DNA of 58,799 bases from NCBI GenBank assembly GCA_937129345.1, contig CAKZMZ010000259.1:1-58799 (forward strand). The letters run 5' to 3'. Below the pieces are notes generated by a model, which was given only the letters and a program-made list of their open reading frames with translations, did no database searches and had not been told where the DNA came from. Position numbers and translations under genes: made by a program. Numbering within the stretch: the first letter of the stretch is position 1; every line of letters starts with the position of its first letter. The DNA comes from an uncultured Thalassovita sp. (GTDB lineage Bacteria > Bacteroidota > Bacteroidia > Cytophagales > Flammeovirgaceae). Shown here in pieces: positions 9,455 through 20,181 of the stretch.

Positions 9455-9999
9455 TTTTTTTGTAAATAAGATGTCTTCAGCTTTGGTCTTATAATAGATC
9501 AAAATGCTGATGACAAGTTTGTTTAAAGCTGTTTGGCAGCATGCTAAGGTAACACTAAAATACATATTTGCTCATACAAAAGCCCGGTTGTATGCTTGTT
9601 TTATGCCATGCTTGAATGAGCACTACTTGCCTAAGTGATTCTACACAATTCAAAGCTCTTCTGTTTACCTTGCTTAAATAAATGGATTAACTATTAAGAC
9701 CGAAACCCACTTGTCTAGTTTAATGGTGCATTTAAGGAGAATTAATAATCATTTAAATAATTTCTTACATCTACAGGAGGATATGTTTTATATTTGCAAA
9801 CTTCTGAAATCACACGAAACAGTACTTTGCTTAACAGATATTTGAATCTTAGATATATAACTTACCCTTTTCTTACATTATATCTATGTAAATTTGTAAA
9901 TAAAAGTACACTACCAATGGAGCTGATTAACTAGCCTTATTCCAACATTACTATTTGATTCAACTACGCAGAGTAAAAGTTTTTAAAATCCATTACTCA

Positions 10000-12900
10000 A
10001 TGAAACTAAAGACCTACACAAGAATCTTCATAACCAGCATAATACTTAGCATAGCTCTTTTTGCTCATGCCAATAATGGCGATTTGAAAATGGGAGAGAA
10101 GCCGATGGCATCAACCATTACGGTGACTGGAGGTAAAAATTTCCCGATAAATGATGAACAAACTGCTACGCCTTTCCAAAATGCATCTATTACGCTTGAC
10201 GGAACGGCTACGGTATTGACCATTGATATTACCTTTTCAGGAAATGGTGGGGGTATTGCTTTACCAGGTGAGTTATCTCTTGATAGTCCACTAGGTGGAA
10301 GCCTTACAAGAAATGGAGATGGTGAATATACATACGCTGCAACAGCTCCACTTAATGAAGCCAATATCAACAGTGATTTACAAGCCATTGTATTTACTCC
10401 AACTAGAAATCAAGTTGATCCAGGTAATGATGTGGTTACTTCTTTTGAATTAGAGGTAGACGATGGTTTGGATACTGATTCGAATGATGAAATTACGGTA
10501 ACAGCCACTTCAATAAACACGGTTCCTGTAATTGACGGACAATCGCCAGATCCTATAACAATCAATGAAGACAATGACTACACCATAACATTTTCAAACT
10601 TAGATGTAATCGACGATGATAACAGTAACCCTGCAGATTTTACCCTTTCAGTAGGTACTGACGCAGATTATTCTTTAAACATAGATGGTGTAACAATAGA
10701 ACCTGCCTTAAATTTTAATGGTATCTTGACTGTGCCTGTGACTGTAAATGATGGTACAGATGATAGCAATGAATTTGACTTGGAAATTACCGTAAATGCG
10801 GTTAATGACCCTCCAACCATAGATGGTGTCACAGTGGTAAATAATCATCCAGATGATGAAGATATACAACCTTTTATTGATATTGAAATTGAGGATGTTG
10901 ATGCTAATGACGATCTATTGGCAACTATTAGCTTTTCACCTGCAGTAGGTGAGTTTTCTAGTTTAGGAGGCTTTATAGATAATGGGAACGGAGCTTACGA
11001 ATTTACAGGTTCAGATACTAATATTCAAAATGCTTTAAGAGCAATCGTTTTTACACCCAATGAAAATAGTTCTTCTGGGTCAACAGATGTTTTCTTTACC
11101 ATAAATCTTAAGGATCAGAAAGCTGTAGATGATGATGGCCCAGGCGTTACTGATAGTAATACAAAAGTTACTATTATACCACAAAATGATGCGCCTATTG
11201 TTAACCTGCCTAGTGGTAATCCCAATCCTTTTTTCGATAATGCTACTGATATTTTTCCTTTTAATACTGCTTCAATAACTGATGCAGATAATGGAGGAGA
11301 GCAAAATGTAACGGTTACGATTACACTGAATGATGCCGGAAATGGTCGGTTAGAAAGTTTGCCTGCTGGTGCAAGCATAGATGTAGCTAATGGTATATAT
11401 AGCTTTAGTGGTACTCCTTCTCAAGTTACTATACAAATCCGAGCAATCACCTTTAATCCCGATGAAAATGAAATACCTATCGGAACTACCGAAACTACGA
11501 CTTTTACAGTAACAGTTGATGATGGAACTGCTGATTTTAGTGATGATGTGAGTGTGGCAGTTAAGCCTTTTAACGATGAGCCTGAGTTTACAAACTCAGC
11601 ACCATCCTTTTTATTGACTGAAGACAATAGCAATCCTGCAACGCCAGCCTTTAGTTTCGATGCAGATGCCCAAGATCCCGATAATGCTCAAAATGAGCTT
11701 ACATTTTCAGTGTCTATTGAGTATGATGGCAATACGTTTGATGAAAACAATCTACCCGATTGGTTGAACTTTAATACGAATACAGGAGAATTATCGGGAA
11801 CTCCAGAAGATGGAGACGATGGGTTTTATTCTGTGGTGATTTCTGTGACAGATGGGGATAATACGGTTGATCAAGATGATTTTGCCATATTTGTTCAGGC
11901 AGAAAACTCTATCCCAGTATTTACTGTACCTGAAGACCAAACAGTTGGGGTCAATACAACTGATGAGTTGCAGATTACTGGCATAGGCGTTGGTTCTAAT
12001 GATCCCAATCAAGAAATTACAGAAGTAATAGTAACAAGTGATAATCAAACGCTGATTCCAAATGCCAACTTGAGTACTGACTTCAATCTAGCCAATCCTA
12101 ACAAAACCACTATTGATTTAAATTATTCTACAGTTAATGGGCAAAGTGGAAGCGCTGAGATTAGTGTTACTATCAGGGACAATGGTACAGTTAATAATGA
12201 GACTACAAAAACATTTACCATAATTGTAGATGATATAAATACTGCACCTTTTATACCAGACTTATCAGCAGGCTTTGATAGGGATGAGGATGTCAATCAG
12301 GCGATAGAGATTACAGGCCTTACGCCCGGAGATAATAATCAAGAACTTGTAAAAGAATTGACTACTATTAGTTCTCTAAACCAAAATATTATCATAAATC
12401 CCACAGTGAATCTAACTGGGCCAAACGGTGCTAATGGTTATAAAGTGACCATTAATTATGAGTTGGTAGAAAATGCTTTCGGCACTGCTCAACTATCTCT
12501 CAGGGTGCAAGATAATGGTAGTAACTTAAGCGGAACCAACTTTAAGGAGGTTACCTTTGAAGTTAGAGTTGCTCCAATAGATGATGTACCAGTAATATTA
12601 GGGCAAAAAATAAGCTTAGATATCTCTGAAGGTCAGCGTTTTTCTTTGAACTTGAACGATTTTGACATTATACATCCAGCTAACGAGAATGAAACGCTTA
12701 CGCTCAATATACTGGCTGGTAATAATTACACAGTTAGTGCAACAGATGAAATCATTCCTGATGCGGGCTTTAATGGCACTTTACAAGTGAATGTAACCGT
12801 GTCTGACGAAGGGGATAATAATGGAAATCAAGTATTAACAAGCAATCCTCCAGCAGTATTTTCTGTAAATATTGACGAAATCAACACTGCTCCTGAGATT

Positions 12901-15735
12901 GTAAATCAGACACCAGATACTTTATCAGTTAGGGAAGATGACTCTTTCATTTTAACTAAGTCTAATCTAGTGATTAGGGATGATAATCCATCTGGAGATA
13001 TTTTTATAAGTGAGGTGAGAACTCGTGCAGGTGGTAATTATACCGTTAATGGGACCGAAATCATTCCGAATGATAATTTTAATGGTATTATTTCGGTACC
13101 AGTAATAATAAGCGATGGTGATAATACGAGTGATCCTTACGATGTAATTATAAAAGTACAATCAGTGAATGACGCCCCTCAAATCACGGGTCAGTTTGAT
13201 ATAGAGATAAGAGAAGAAGATACTTATGAGATAAATCTCGGTGATTTGAACATAACTGATGTGGACAATGGCCCAGAAGACTTCACCCTTACCATTGCCG
13301 AAGGTCTAAACTACACAATCGTAGAAGGGACTGAAATTAGAGCCAATGATAATTTTTTCGGTACGCTGACTATCTCCGTTCGGGTAAATGATGGGAGTGC
13401 TAACAGCAACGTTTTTGATTTTGAAATTGAGGTGCTGCCAGTAAACGATGCGCCAACCATTAATGCGCTTGCAGATAGAACCATTAATGACGATAATGGC
13501 CAAACATTATTTGTGAATTTTGATAATGTTACGGCAGGGCCTAATGAAGCAGGACAAAATATTACGGTAACTGCCAGTAGTGGCAACCAATCTTTGATCC
13601 AAACAGTGGAGGTGATTTACACGCCAAATCAGTCGGTGGGTTTATTGCGCATGGAGACCATTCCAGAGCGCGATGGAATCACAACCATTACTGTAACTGT
13701 AAAAGACGATGGGGGTACTGCCAATGGTGGTACAGATACCAAAGTAATCACTTTTGATGTAACAGTATTAGGTGTAAACAGTGCGCCCACCCTAGACTTT
13801 ATTTCTGACATCAACCTACTTGAAGATTTTGAACCAACTCCTGTTAGGTTGAGAAATATTCGCGACGGCGACGATGGCGACCAAGAAATTACGATTACAA
13901 CTACCAGCTCAAATCCCGCTTTAATTCCTGACCCCACCATCAATTATGTACAGGGAGAAACGGAAGGTACGCTCATTTATGAGCCAGTACCAGGACAAAA
14001 TGGTACAGCTACCATTACCGTAACCGTAAAAGACGATGGTGGTACCGCCAATGGTGGAGAAGATACCTACCAGGTTACTTTTGAAATAAGCATCTTAGGC
14101 CTAAACGATAGACCAACGGTAGATGCAGTAGCAGATACATCAATGCTAGAAGATGCAGATGATTTGATCATACTACTAACCGGTATTACTGATGGTGATG
14201 CAGATGAAGAGCAGAAAATGACCATTACAGCTACCAGTAGTAGGCCAGAAATCATTCCTGACCCAGAAGTGATTTATGATTCGGTATCTACTACGGCTGA
14301 GTTGACACTTGTACCAGCGCCCAATATAAGCGGAACAACTACCATTACAGTTACCATACAAGACGACGGAGGTAGCATTGTTAGAGGTCAAGAAGATACC
14401 AGGGTAATTAGTTTTGAGGTAAGGGTAATTCCTGTAAATGACGCGCCTACTATTAATGAAATTACCAATACCATTAGATTATTGGAAGGGGCCGAGGCAC
14501 AAAGACAATTACTTACAGGTATTACAGATGGTGATCCAGAATTAATTCAAAGCATTACCTCTGTGACTGTAAATACCAATAAGCCCGACTTTTACGAAAG
14601 ACTAGAGATCGCTTACAGAGAAGGCGATACCAACGGAGAGTTGATATTGAAGACTGATCCCGATGCAAATGGTATGGATACACTTACTATTACAGTAACA
14701 GACAATGGAGGTACAGAAAATGGTGGATTCAATACCACCACCACTACCATTTTTGTAGATGTATTGCCTCTGAATGATCCTCCAACCATCAACAATCCTC
14801 CTAATATTGATAACATTTTGAAAAACTCAGAAGGAGATTGTATTACCTTGTCGGGTATTGGCGATGGCGATCCTGAACTAGATCAAGATGTTACTATTAC
14901 GGCAAGTAGCAATAGGCCTGATATCATACCTGATCCTATCGTATCTGATTTTAAACCTGAAACTGGTGTGGCCACACTATGTTATGAGCCAATGCCAGAT
15001 GAAAGAGGGCTTGTTGAAATTACACTTACCCTAAAAGACGATGGAGGTTTACCGGGTAATGATACCAGAAGTGTCACTTTTACCATAGGTGTTGGTATCA
15101 TAAACAATCCGCCAGTAATTATTGGCGAAGATGGGCAGCCTTTAGAAGAAGTGAACCTGACTACTTCCAAAGATGTACCGCTTGATATCTGCTTCCAAGT
15201 AATTGACAGAGATAGAGACGAGGTTGATTTAGGTCAAATCATTGCTCGTAATGCAGATGAGAGCGGTGAAATCGTTGCAGGTTCTTTCACCTTTAAGGAT
15301 GATAGCCTATGTTTTATCTACGAAGCCTATCCGAATACGCTCTCAGGAGAAGATTGGTTCGAGTTTACCATATGTGATAATGTGCCGGGAGATGTAGCCT
15401 GCGATACCATCAGACTTAATATAGAAATATTACCTTCTGCAGAACTGAAGATTTATGACGGTATCTCACCAATGAATCCTGATGGCAGGAATGACGCATG
15501 GTTTATTGAAGGTATCGAGAATTACCCTGATAACATCGTTCAAATATATTCTCCTAGTGGAGAACTTGTTTACGAAGCAGAAGGGTATGATAATCGAGAT
15601 AATTTATGGAGAGGTGAGTCTAATACAGGTATTGTATTAGGTGCTCGCGAATTGCCAACCGGAGTCTATTATTACGTGATAGACTTAAGAGATGGTGCAG
15701 CTCCACCTCTTAAAGGCAGCGTCATTATTAAATAA
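10000..15735 (+). CDS. Large T9SS type B cargo adhesin with tandem cadherin/Ig-like repeats and gliding-motility-associated C-terminal domain
   Basis: Signal peptide from ATG 10000 (MKLKTY...AHA); many ~100-125 aa repeats bounded by (V/I)N(D/T)xP; C-terminal IYDGISPMNPDGRNDAW...LPTGVYYYVI...KGSVIIK is a type B CTD. Confidence 0.92.
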   Translation: MKLKTYTRIFITSIILSIALFAHANNGDLKMGEKPMASTITVTGGKNFPINDEQTATPFQNASITLDGTATVLTIDITFSGNGGGIALPGELSLDSPLGGSLTRNGDGEYTYAATAPLNEANINSDLQAIVFTPTRNQVDPGNDVVTSFELEVDDGLDTDSNDEITVTATSINTVPVIDGQSPDPITINEDNDYTITFSNLDVIDDDNSNPADFTLSVGTDADYSLNIDGVTIEPALNFNGILTVPVTVNDGTDDSNEFDLEITVNAVNDPPTIDGVTVVNNHPDDEDIQPFIDIEIEDVDANDDLLATISFSPAVGEFSSLGGFIDNGNGAYEFTGSDTNIQNALRAIVFTPNENSSSGSTDVFFTINLKDQKAVDDDGPGVTDSNTKVTIIPQNDAPIVNLPSGNPNPFFDNATDIFPFNTASITDADNGGEQNVTVTITLNDAGNGRLESLPAGASIDVANGIYSFSGTPSQVTIQIRAITFNPDENEIPIGTTETTTFTVTVDDGTADFSDDVSVAVKPFNDEPEFTNSAPSFLLTEDNSNPATPAFSFDADAQDPDNAQNELTFSVSIEYDGNTFDENNLPDWLNFNTNTGELSGTPEDGDDGFYSVVISVTDGDNTVDQDDFAIFVQAENSIPVFTVPEDQTVGVNTTDELQITGIGVGSNDPNQEITEVIVTSDNQTLIPNANLSTDFNLANPNKTTIDLNYSTVNGQSGSAEISVTIRDNGTVNNETTKTFTIIVDDINTAPFIPDLSAGFDRDEDVNQAIEITGLTPGDNNQELVKELTTISSLNQNIIINPTVNLTGPNGANGYKVTINYELVENAFGTAQLSLRVQDNGSNLSGTNFKEVTFEVRVAPIDDVPVILGQKISLDISEGQRFSLNLNDFDIIHPANENETLTLNILAGNNYTVSATDEIIPDAGFNGTLQVNVTVSDEGDNNGNQVLTSNPPAVFSVNIDEINTAPEIVNQTPDTLSVREDDSFILTKSNLVIRDDNPSGDIFISEVRTRAGGNYTVNGTEIIPNDNFNGIISVPVIISDGDNTSDPYDVIIKVQSVNDAPQITGQFDIEIREEDTYEINLGDLNITDVDNGPEDFTLTIAEGLNYTIVEGTEIRANDNFFGTLTISVRVNDGSANSNVFDFEIEVLPVNDAPTINALADRTINDDNGQTLFVNFDNVTAGPNEAGQNITVTASSGNQSLIQTVEVIYTPNQSVGLLRMETIPERDGITTITVTVKDDGGTANGGTDTKVITFDVTVLGVNSAPTLDFISDINLLEDFEPTPVRLRNIRDGDDGDQEITITTTSSNPALIPDPTINYVQGETEGTLIYEPVPGQNGTATITVTVKDDGGTANGGEDTYQVTFEISILGLNDRPTVDAVADTSMLEDADDLIILLTGITDGDADEEQKMTITATSSRPEIIPDPEVIYDSVSTTAELTLVPAPNISGTTTITVTIQDDGGSIVRGQEDTRVISFEVRVIPVNDAPTINEITNTIRLLEGAEAQRQLLTGITDGDPELIQSITSVTVNTNKPDFYERLEIAYREGDTNGELILKTDPDANGMDTLTITVTDNGGTENGGFNTTTTTIFVDVLPLNDPPTINNPPNIDNILKNSEGDCITLSGIGDGDPELDQDVTITASSNRPDIIPDPIVSDFKPETGVATLCYEPMPDERGLVEITLTLKDDGGLPGNDTRSVTFTIGVGIINNPPVIIGEDGQPLEEVNLTTSKDVPLDICFQVIDRDRDEVDLGQIIARNADESGEIVAGSFTFKDDSLCFIYEAYPNTLSGEDWFEFTICDNVPGDVACDTIRLNIEILPSAELKIYDGISPMNPDGRNDAWFIEGIENYPDNIVQIYSPSGELVYEAEGYDNRDNLWRGESNTGIVLGARELPTGVYYYVIDLRDGAAPPLKGSVIIK

Positions 15736-15768
15736 AAAGATTAAAAGAGATAGATAAATTCTAATCTA

Positions 15769-16716
15769 ATGAGATATCCAATTACTAAACTGAAAGCATT
15801 AACACTAGCCTGTTTGTTGGTTATCGCTCTTGCTTGGCAAGTAAAAGCGCAACAGCAAATATTACAATCGCAATATATGTTCAATGGTTTGGCAATTAAC
15901 CCAGCATATGCGGGTAGCCATGAGGCATTGAGCCTAACCTCATTGTACAGAACACAATGGGCAGGCTACAAAGAAGGAGCACCCAATTCTTTCTCTTTTT
16001 CGGGGCACATGCCCATCAACCGTACCCGTATTGCGCTCGGTGCTATGGCATTTAGCGAAAGCTTGGGAGATAAAAATCAGCAAGGTTTGCAATTGGCCTA
16101 TGCGTATAGAATACCCCTCAGTGATGGGATACTTTCTATGGGCTTGCAGGCAGGTGTATTAAACACACGCCTCAACAGAAATTATAATCTTTTTCATCCT
16201 AATGATCCCAATTTTCCTGAGGGAGAGATTTCTGCTTTTATGCCTACTTTCGGTGCAGGCTTGTACTATAGTAGCGACAACCTTGTGCTAGGTTTTTCCA
16301 TTCCTAACTTAGGTATTTACAATAATGGTACTGAGGCAGAGGAAGTGGTAAGTATAGAAGAGGTAAGGCACTATATGTTTTCTGCCGGTTATATCGTAGA
16401 TTTGAACAACGACTTAAAGTTAAAGCCAACATTATTGGCCAGATATAGAGAAGGTCAAGGTATTGAGTTCGATATCAATACCACACTTGTGGTGAATGAG
16501 ACTTTTTGGTTTGGAGCTTCTTACAGACACCTTAACTCTTTAAACTTTCTTACACAAATACAGCTTACCAATCAACTACAGTTGGGCTATGCTTATGATT
16601 TACCCATTAATAGTGGTTTAAGTTTAGTAAGTTCGGGCTCACATGAAATCATGATTAACTATAGATTTAGGATATTTAGTGCCGGTGATTCAGCACCATC
16701 GCCTGGATTTTTCTAA
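15769..16716 (+). CDS. Type IX secretion system membrane protein, PorP/SprF family
   Basis: SQYMFNGLAINPAYAG...YRTQWAG...GAP; C-terminal GYAYD...GSHEIMINYRF; directly follows a type B cargo gene. Confidence 0.95.
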   Translation: MRYPITKLKALTLACLLVIALAWQVKAQQQILQSQYMFNGLAINPAYAGSHEALSLTSLYRTQWAGYKEGAPNSFSFSGHMPINRTRIALGAMAFSESLGDKNQQGLQLAYAYRIPLSDGILSMGLQAGVLNTRLNRNYNLFHPNDPNFPEGEISAFMPTFGAGLYYSSDNLVLGFSIPNLGIYNNGTEAEEVVSIEEVRHYMFSAGYIVDLNNDLKLKPTLLARYREGQGIEFDINTTLVVNETFWFGASYRHLNSLNFLTQIQLTNQLQLGYAYDLPINSGLSLVSSGSHEIMINYRFRIFSAGDSAPSPGFF

Positions 16717-16861
16717 AAAATAGAACGAAAGGTGAGTAAAAATTGCTTTCTGCTATGAATCTAGGGTACTTTTGTTTTATTCAGAAAATAATTTTTACAT
16801 ATAGTTCAAGATAAATTTAACCCAAATTAATATATATCCATCATCACTAACGCTAAGCATC

Positions 16862-19087
16862 ATGAGAAAAATAAAGATAATTCTGCCTTTTGTTTATCTT
16901 ATGCTATTTCATATTACTGTAAATGGCCAAATCATAAACCCTGTTAAGTCTTTAATAAAAAAAGCAGATAAATATTTTGAAAGAGATGCTTACGGTATTG
17001 CTGCAGAGCTTTATTTAGAAGCCCTACAAAAGGAAGACGATAATAATTCAATAAAACTACAATTGGCCGAGTGTTATAGATTACTTAACCAACCTGAGGA
17101 TGCAGAGTACATGTACAGACAGTTTATGGATTATGAGTCTTTTGTTGAAAATCAAGATCCTGTAGTAAAATACCATTTTGGTGTAGTACTAGAGCAGAAC
17201 GGTAAATACTCTGAGGCTAGAGAGTGGTTTGAGCAATACAAGGAAGATAAACCTGATGATTCAAGGGTAGATAACAAGCTAGAAAGTATTGAGAACATCG
17301 CCATACATTTCCAAGATTCTTCTAAATATGAAGTCGAGATTTTAAGATTCAATTCTTCTAAATCTGACTTTGCGCCCAGGCTGTACAGAAACGGAGTGGC
17401 ATTCGTATCTGATAGAAAGCCACCTTACGTTGAAGACGGTATATATAACCCTGATAGCCTTTATTACAGAGAGCTTTATTTTAGCGAAGTTTTGGAAGAT
17501 GGCACGCATACCAGCCCTACACTTTTTTATCCTGACCTAAACAGTGGGTATCACAAAGGGCCACTTGCCTTTTATAATAATGAAAAAAACATGGTGTACA
17601 CTAGGGCCAATCGTTCTGGTATGGGCTTAGATAAATTTAGCCTTTATTTTACTCAACAGGCCGTAGATGACGATCAATGGATCAATAGACAGGCTTTCGT
17701 ATTTAATGGGAAAAATAACAATTTTAATGTAATGCACCCTTCTCTTAATGAACAAGGGAATGTGCTATATTTTTCTTCAGATATGCCAGGTGGTTTTGGC
17801 GAAACAGATTTATATGTTTCTGTACTAGATGAAAACGGTAAATGGTCTACCCCCCAAAATTTAGGTGCAAGGATTAATACAGCAGAAGCTGAAATTTTTC
17901 CATTTATTACTGAAGATGACCTGCTATATTTTGCCTCGAGTGGTCACGGAGGTTTGGGTGGCCTAGACATTTTTGAGGTAGACCTAAAAAATGAAAACAG
18001 CGAGGTAACAAATCTCGGTTTTCCCATAAACAGTAATAAAAACGATTTTGCAATTACCTTTGATGATAGGGGTTACAGTGGGTATTTTAGCTCTAACCGA
18101 GACAATGGTGAGGGTGGTTCTGACATTTACCGATTCACAAAGAACATTTACCTGAATGGCACCGTGAAGGATGCTTACAGCAGCCAAGCAGTATCAGATG
18201 CTTACGTAGTTTTAGCGGAAAAAAATAGTGGTGAGATAGTAGGAAGTACAACAGATGCAGATGGAAACTACAGAGTAAAGTTAGATATAGATGCATCTTA
18301 TGTTCTTAAGATTATGAGAAAAGGCTACATCACTAAGGAAGCGGCCAAGTTATCTACTTTTGGTAAATTTGAAAAGACATTAAAAAAGACCCAAGACTTT
18401 GTAATTGAGAAAGACGACTTGATATTAAAGGGATATGTGAAGGACAAATCTACAGGTGCACCAATTGCAGGAGCCTATGCTACTTTGTACGATACCAAAG
18501 CGCTCAAAGAATTTATTGTGCAAACTATGCCTGATGGTAGCTACATCTTTAAATTAGAGCGAGATAACTTATATCAATTAAGCATAGAGTTAAACGGCTT
18601 CTTTTCAAAGAAGCAAGAAGTCGATACTTTTGAGCCTACTACAACCACTTATATTGAAGATTTTGGCTTAAGAAGGATTTCACCTAACTTGCCGTTTTTG
18701 TTAGAGAGCACCACTTATAATTCTAATAAAGGTGATATCGCGCCTGAAGATGAAAATGAGTTAGACGGATTAGCACTTTTCTTAAAGAGTTATCCTAAAT
18801 ACAATATTGAAGTAAGAGTACATACAGATGGAATAGGTGGGGCTTCTGATAATCTTTCCATTTCTGAAGATAGGGCTAGTTACATCAGATACCATTTAAT
18901 TAAGAAAGGTATTAGCCCAAATAGAATATCCACGTTAGGATATGGCGAGCAGTTCCCTTTAAACGGCTGTAGCCAAGGTGGAGATTGCGACGAGCAAGAA
19001 ATAAAGTTAAATAGGAGAGTAGAAGTTGTGATCACCGAACAAGTTACTCTCGAAGATGAAGGCGTTTTAAATAGTAATGGATGGTAA
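16862..19087 (+). CDS. PorE-like OmpA family protein (TPR - PD40 propeller - carboxypeptidase-regulatory-like x2 - OmpA_C)
   Basis: N-terminal TPRs; LYFSSDMPGGFGETDLY and LYFASSGHGGLGGLDIF PD40 repeats; HTD...NLSISEDRA...GYGE...NRRVE OmpA domain. Confidence 0.92.
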   Translation: MRKIKIILPFVYLMLFHITVNGQIINPVKSLIKKADKYFERDAYGIAAELYLEALQKEDDNNSIKLQLAECYRLLNQPEDAEYMYRQFMDYESFVENQDPVVKYHFGVVLEQNGKYSEAREWFEQYKEDKPDDSRVDNKLESIENIAIHFQDSSKYEVEILRFNSSKSDFAPRLYRNGVAFVSDRKPPYVEDGIYNPDSLYYRELYFSEVLEDGTHTSPTLFYPDLNSGYHKGPLAFYNNEKNMVYTRANRSGMGLDKFSLYFTQQAVDDDQWINRQAFVFNGKNNNFNVMHPSLNEQGNVLYFSSDMPGGFGETDLYVSVLDENGKWSTPQNLGARINTAEAEIFPFITEDDLLYFASSGHGGLGGLDIFEVDLKNENSEVTNLGFPINSNKNDFAITFDDRGYSGYFSSNRDNGEGGSDIYRFTKNIYLNGTVKDAYSSQAVSDAYVVLAEKNSGEIVGSTTDADGNYRVKLDIDASYVLKIMRKGYITKEAAKLSTFGKFEKTLKKTQDFVIEKDDLILKGYVKDKSTGAPIAGAYATLYDTKALKEFIVQTMPDGSYIFKLERDNLYQLSIELNGFFSKKQEVDTFEPTTTTYIEDFGLRRISPNLPFLLESTTYNSNKGDIAPEDENELDGLALFLKSYPKYNIEVRVHTDGIGGASDNLSISEDRASYIRYHLIKKGISPNRISTLGYGEQFPLNGCSQGGDCDEQEIKLNRRVEVVITEQVTLEDEGVLNSNGW

Positions 19088-19115
19088 CCAAAATTACTTT
19101 ATGATGTATTTCAAG

Positions 19116-19144
19116 AAAAGGCGGTCAAACTTGGTCGCCTTTTT
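19116..19144. terminator. Bidirectional terminator between convergent genes
   Basis: AAAAGGCG...CGCCTTTT stem. Confidence 0.6.
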
Positions 19145-19894
19145 CTATTCATAAGCCTTAGTCAAATAAGTATCTTTATTTTGATTGGCTGTAGTAAGCA
19201 CTGTAGATTTCTTTAAATAATCTTGAGACGGATAATAAATGAAAAGGCAGGTGCCGTCTTTAATGGTGTTGATAATTTCTTTGTAGTTACTCATAGGTAG
19301 GGCGGGGCAACCAAGACTTCTTCCCAACCTGCCATAGGTTTCTACAAATTTTTCACTTACATAATCCGCACCGTGCATTACAATGGCCCTTTCTTTCGCT
19401 TTGTCATTAAAACCTCTGTCTTGGCCGTGCAGATAAAGAGAAAGGCCATGCTTTCCAAAATAAGTAGCTCCTGTAGTGTAAAATCCCAAACTACTTCTGT
19501 AAGAGCTTGGCGTATTAGAGAAATATTTTGCTACATCAATGCCGGTGTTTCTGCCGTGCGCAACAAGAGAATGGTACAGTACCTTTAGTTGCTTCAAGTC
19601 AATAAGCCAAAACCTTTTTTCCGAGGATTTTTTACTAAAATCAATAATACTCAATAGCTGCTTGCCTTCGTTTAGCTGCGCATTTTCTTTTAAATATAGG
19701 TAGCCTGTCATAGCCACTTCAAATGCAGATTGGCTAGGTAATTTTAGATTTTTATTATTCAATAAAAGCTGCTGATAATACTGTTTTATACTACTCTCTT
19801 TTTTTGGAGCATACTTATTGGTAGAAAAAGCGATATGATGAGACTGAAAAAATAAAAGAAAGGTAAGCGAGAAAAAAAATCGTTTTGTACGCAT
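19145..19894 (-). CDS. Murein L,D-transpeptidase catalytic domain family protein (YkuD_2)
   Basis: IIDFSKKSSEKRFW, VAHGRNTG, SSLGFY, RAIVMHGADY, GRSLGCPA (catalytic His/Cys). Confidence 0.93.
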   Translation of the reverse strand: MRTKRFFFSLTFLLFFQSHHIAFSTNKYAPKKESSIKQYYQQLLLNNKNLKLPSQSAFEVAMTGYLYLKENAQLNEGKQLLSIIDFSKKSSEKRFWLIDLKQLKVLYHSLVAHGRNTGIDVAKYFSNTPSSYRSSLGFYTTGATYFGKHGLSLYLHGQDRGFNDKAKERAIVMHGADYVSEKFVETYGRLGRSLGCPALPMSNYKEIINTIKDGTCLFIYYPSQDYLKKSTVLTTANQNKDTYLTKAYE

Positions 19895-20181
19895 GTTTGG
19901 TTGGTGTTTCTTTAAGATACTTTCTTAAAAGTTACTAAAGTAAGAAAACTTGGTAAAAGTTAACAGTCGAGGTTTTTCGAATCATTCTTTTTTATGTAAT
20001 AAAATCCTCTGAACTTGTAAGATTTTTAACAGTTAACAACTCATTAACACATCTAACATTGGCTTGTTTGATTTTGATTTATTAACAAGCTATGGCTTAG
20101 GGTTAAAATTTGATAGAAAACTGCTTTATAATCAGCTGCAAAAAGATGTTGCAACATGTATATCAGGTGCCTTTTAGGCAT

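Noticed and set aside
13681-14067. Near-duplicate DNA segments as a DGR template/variable repeat pair
   Set aside because: Both lie in frame within protein repeats, differences are mostly synonymous rather than adenine-specific, and no reverse transcriptase is present
10065-15170. Many minus-strand ORFs inside the adhesin, and similar ones inside other long genes (e.g. 29522..29992, 39560..40036, 57675..58166)
   Set aside because: Antisense or off-frame shadows of well-supported genes, with no recognisable motifs
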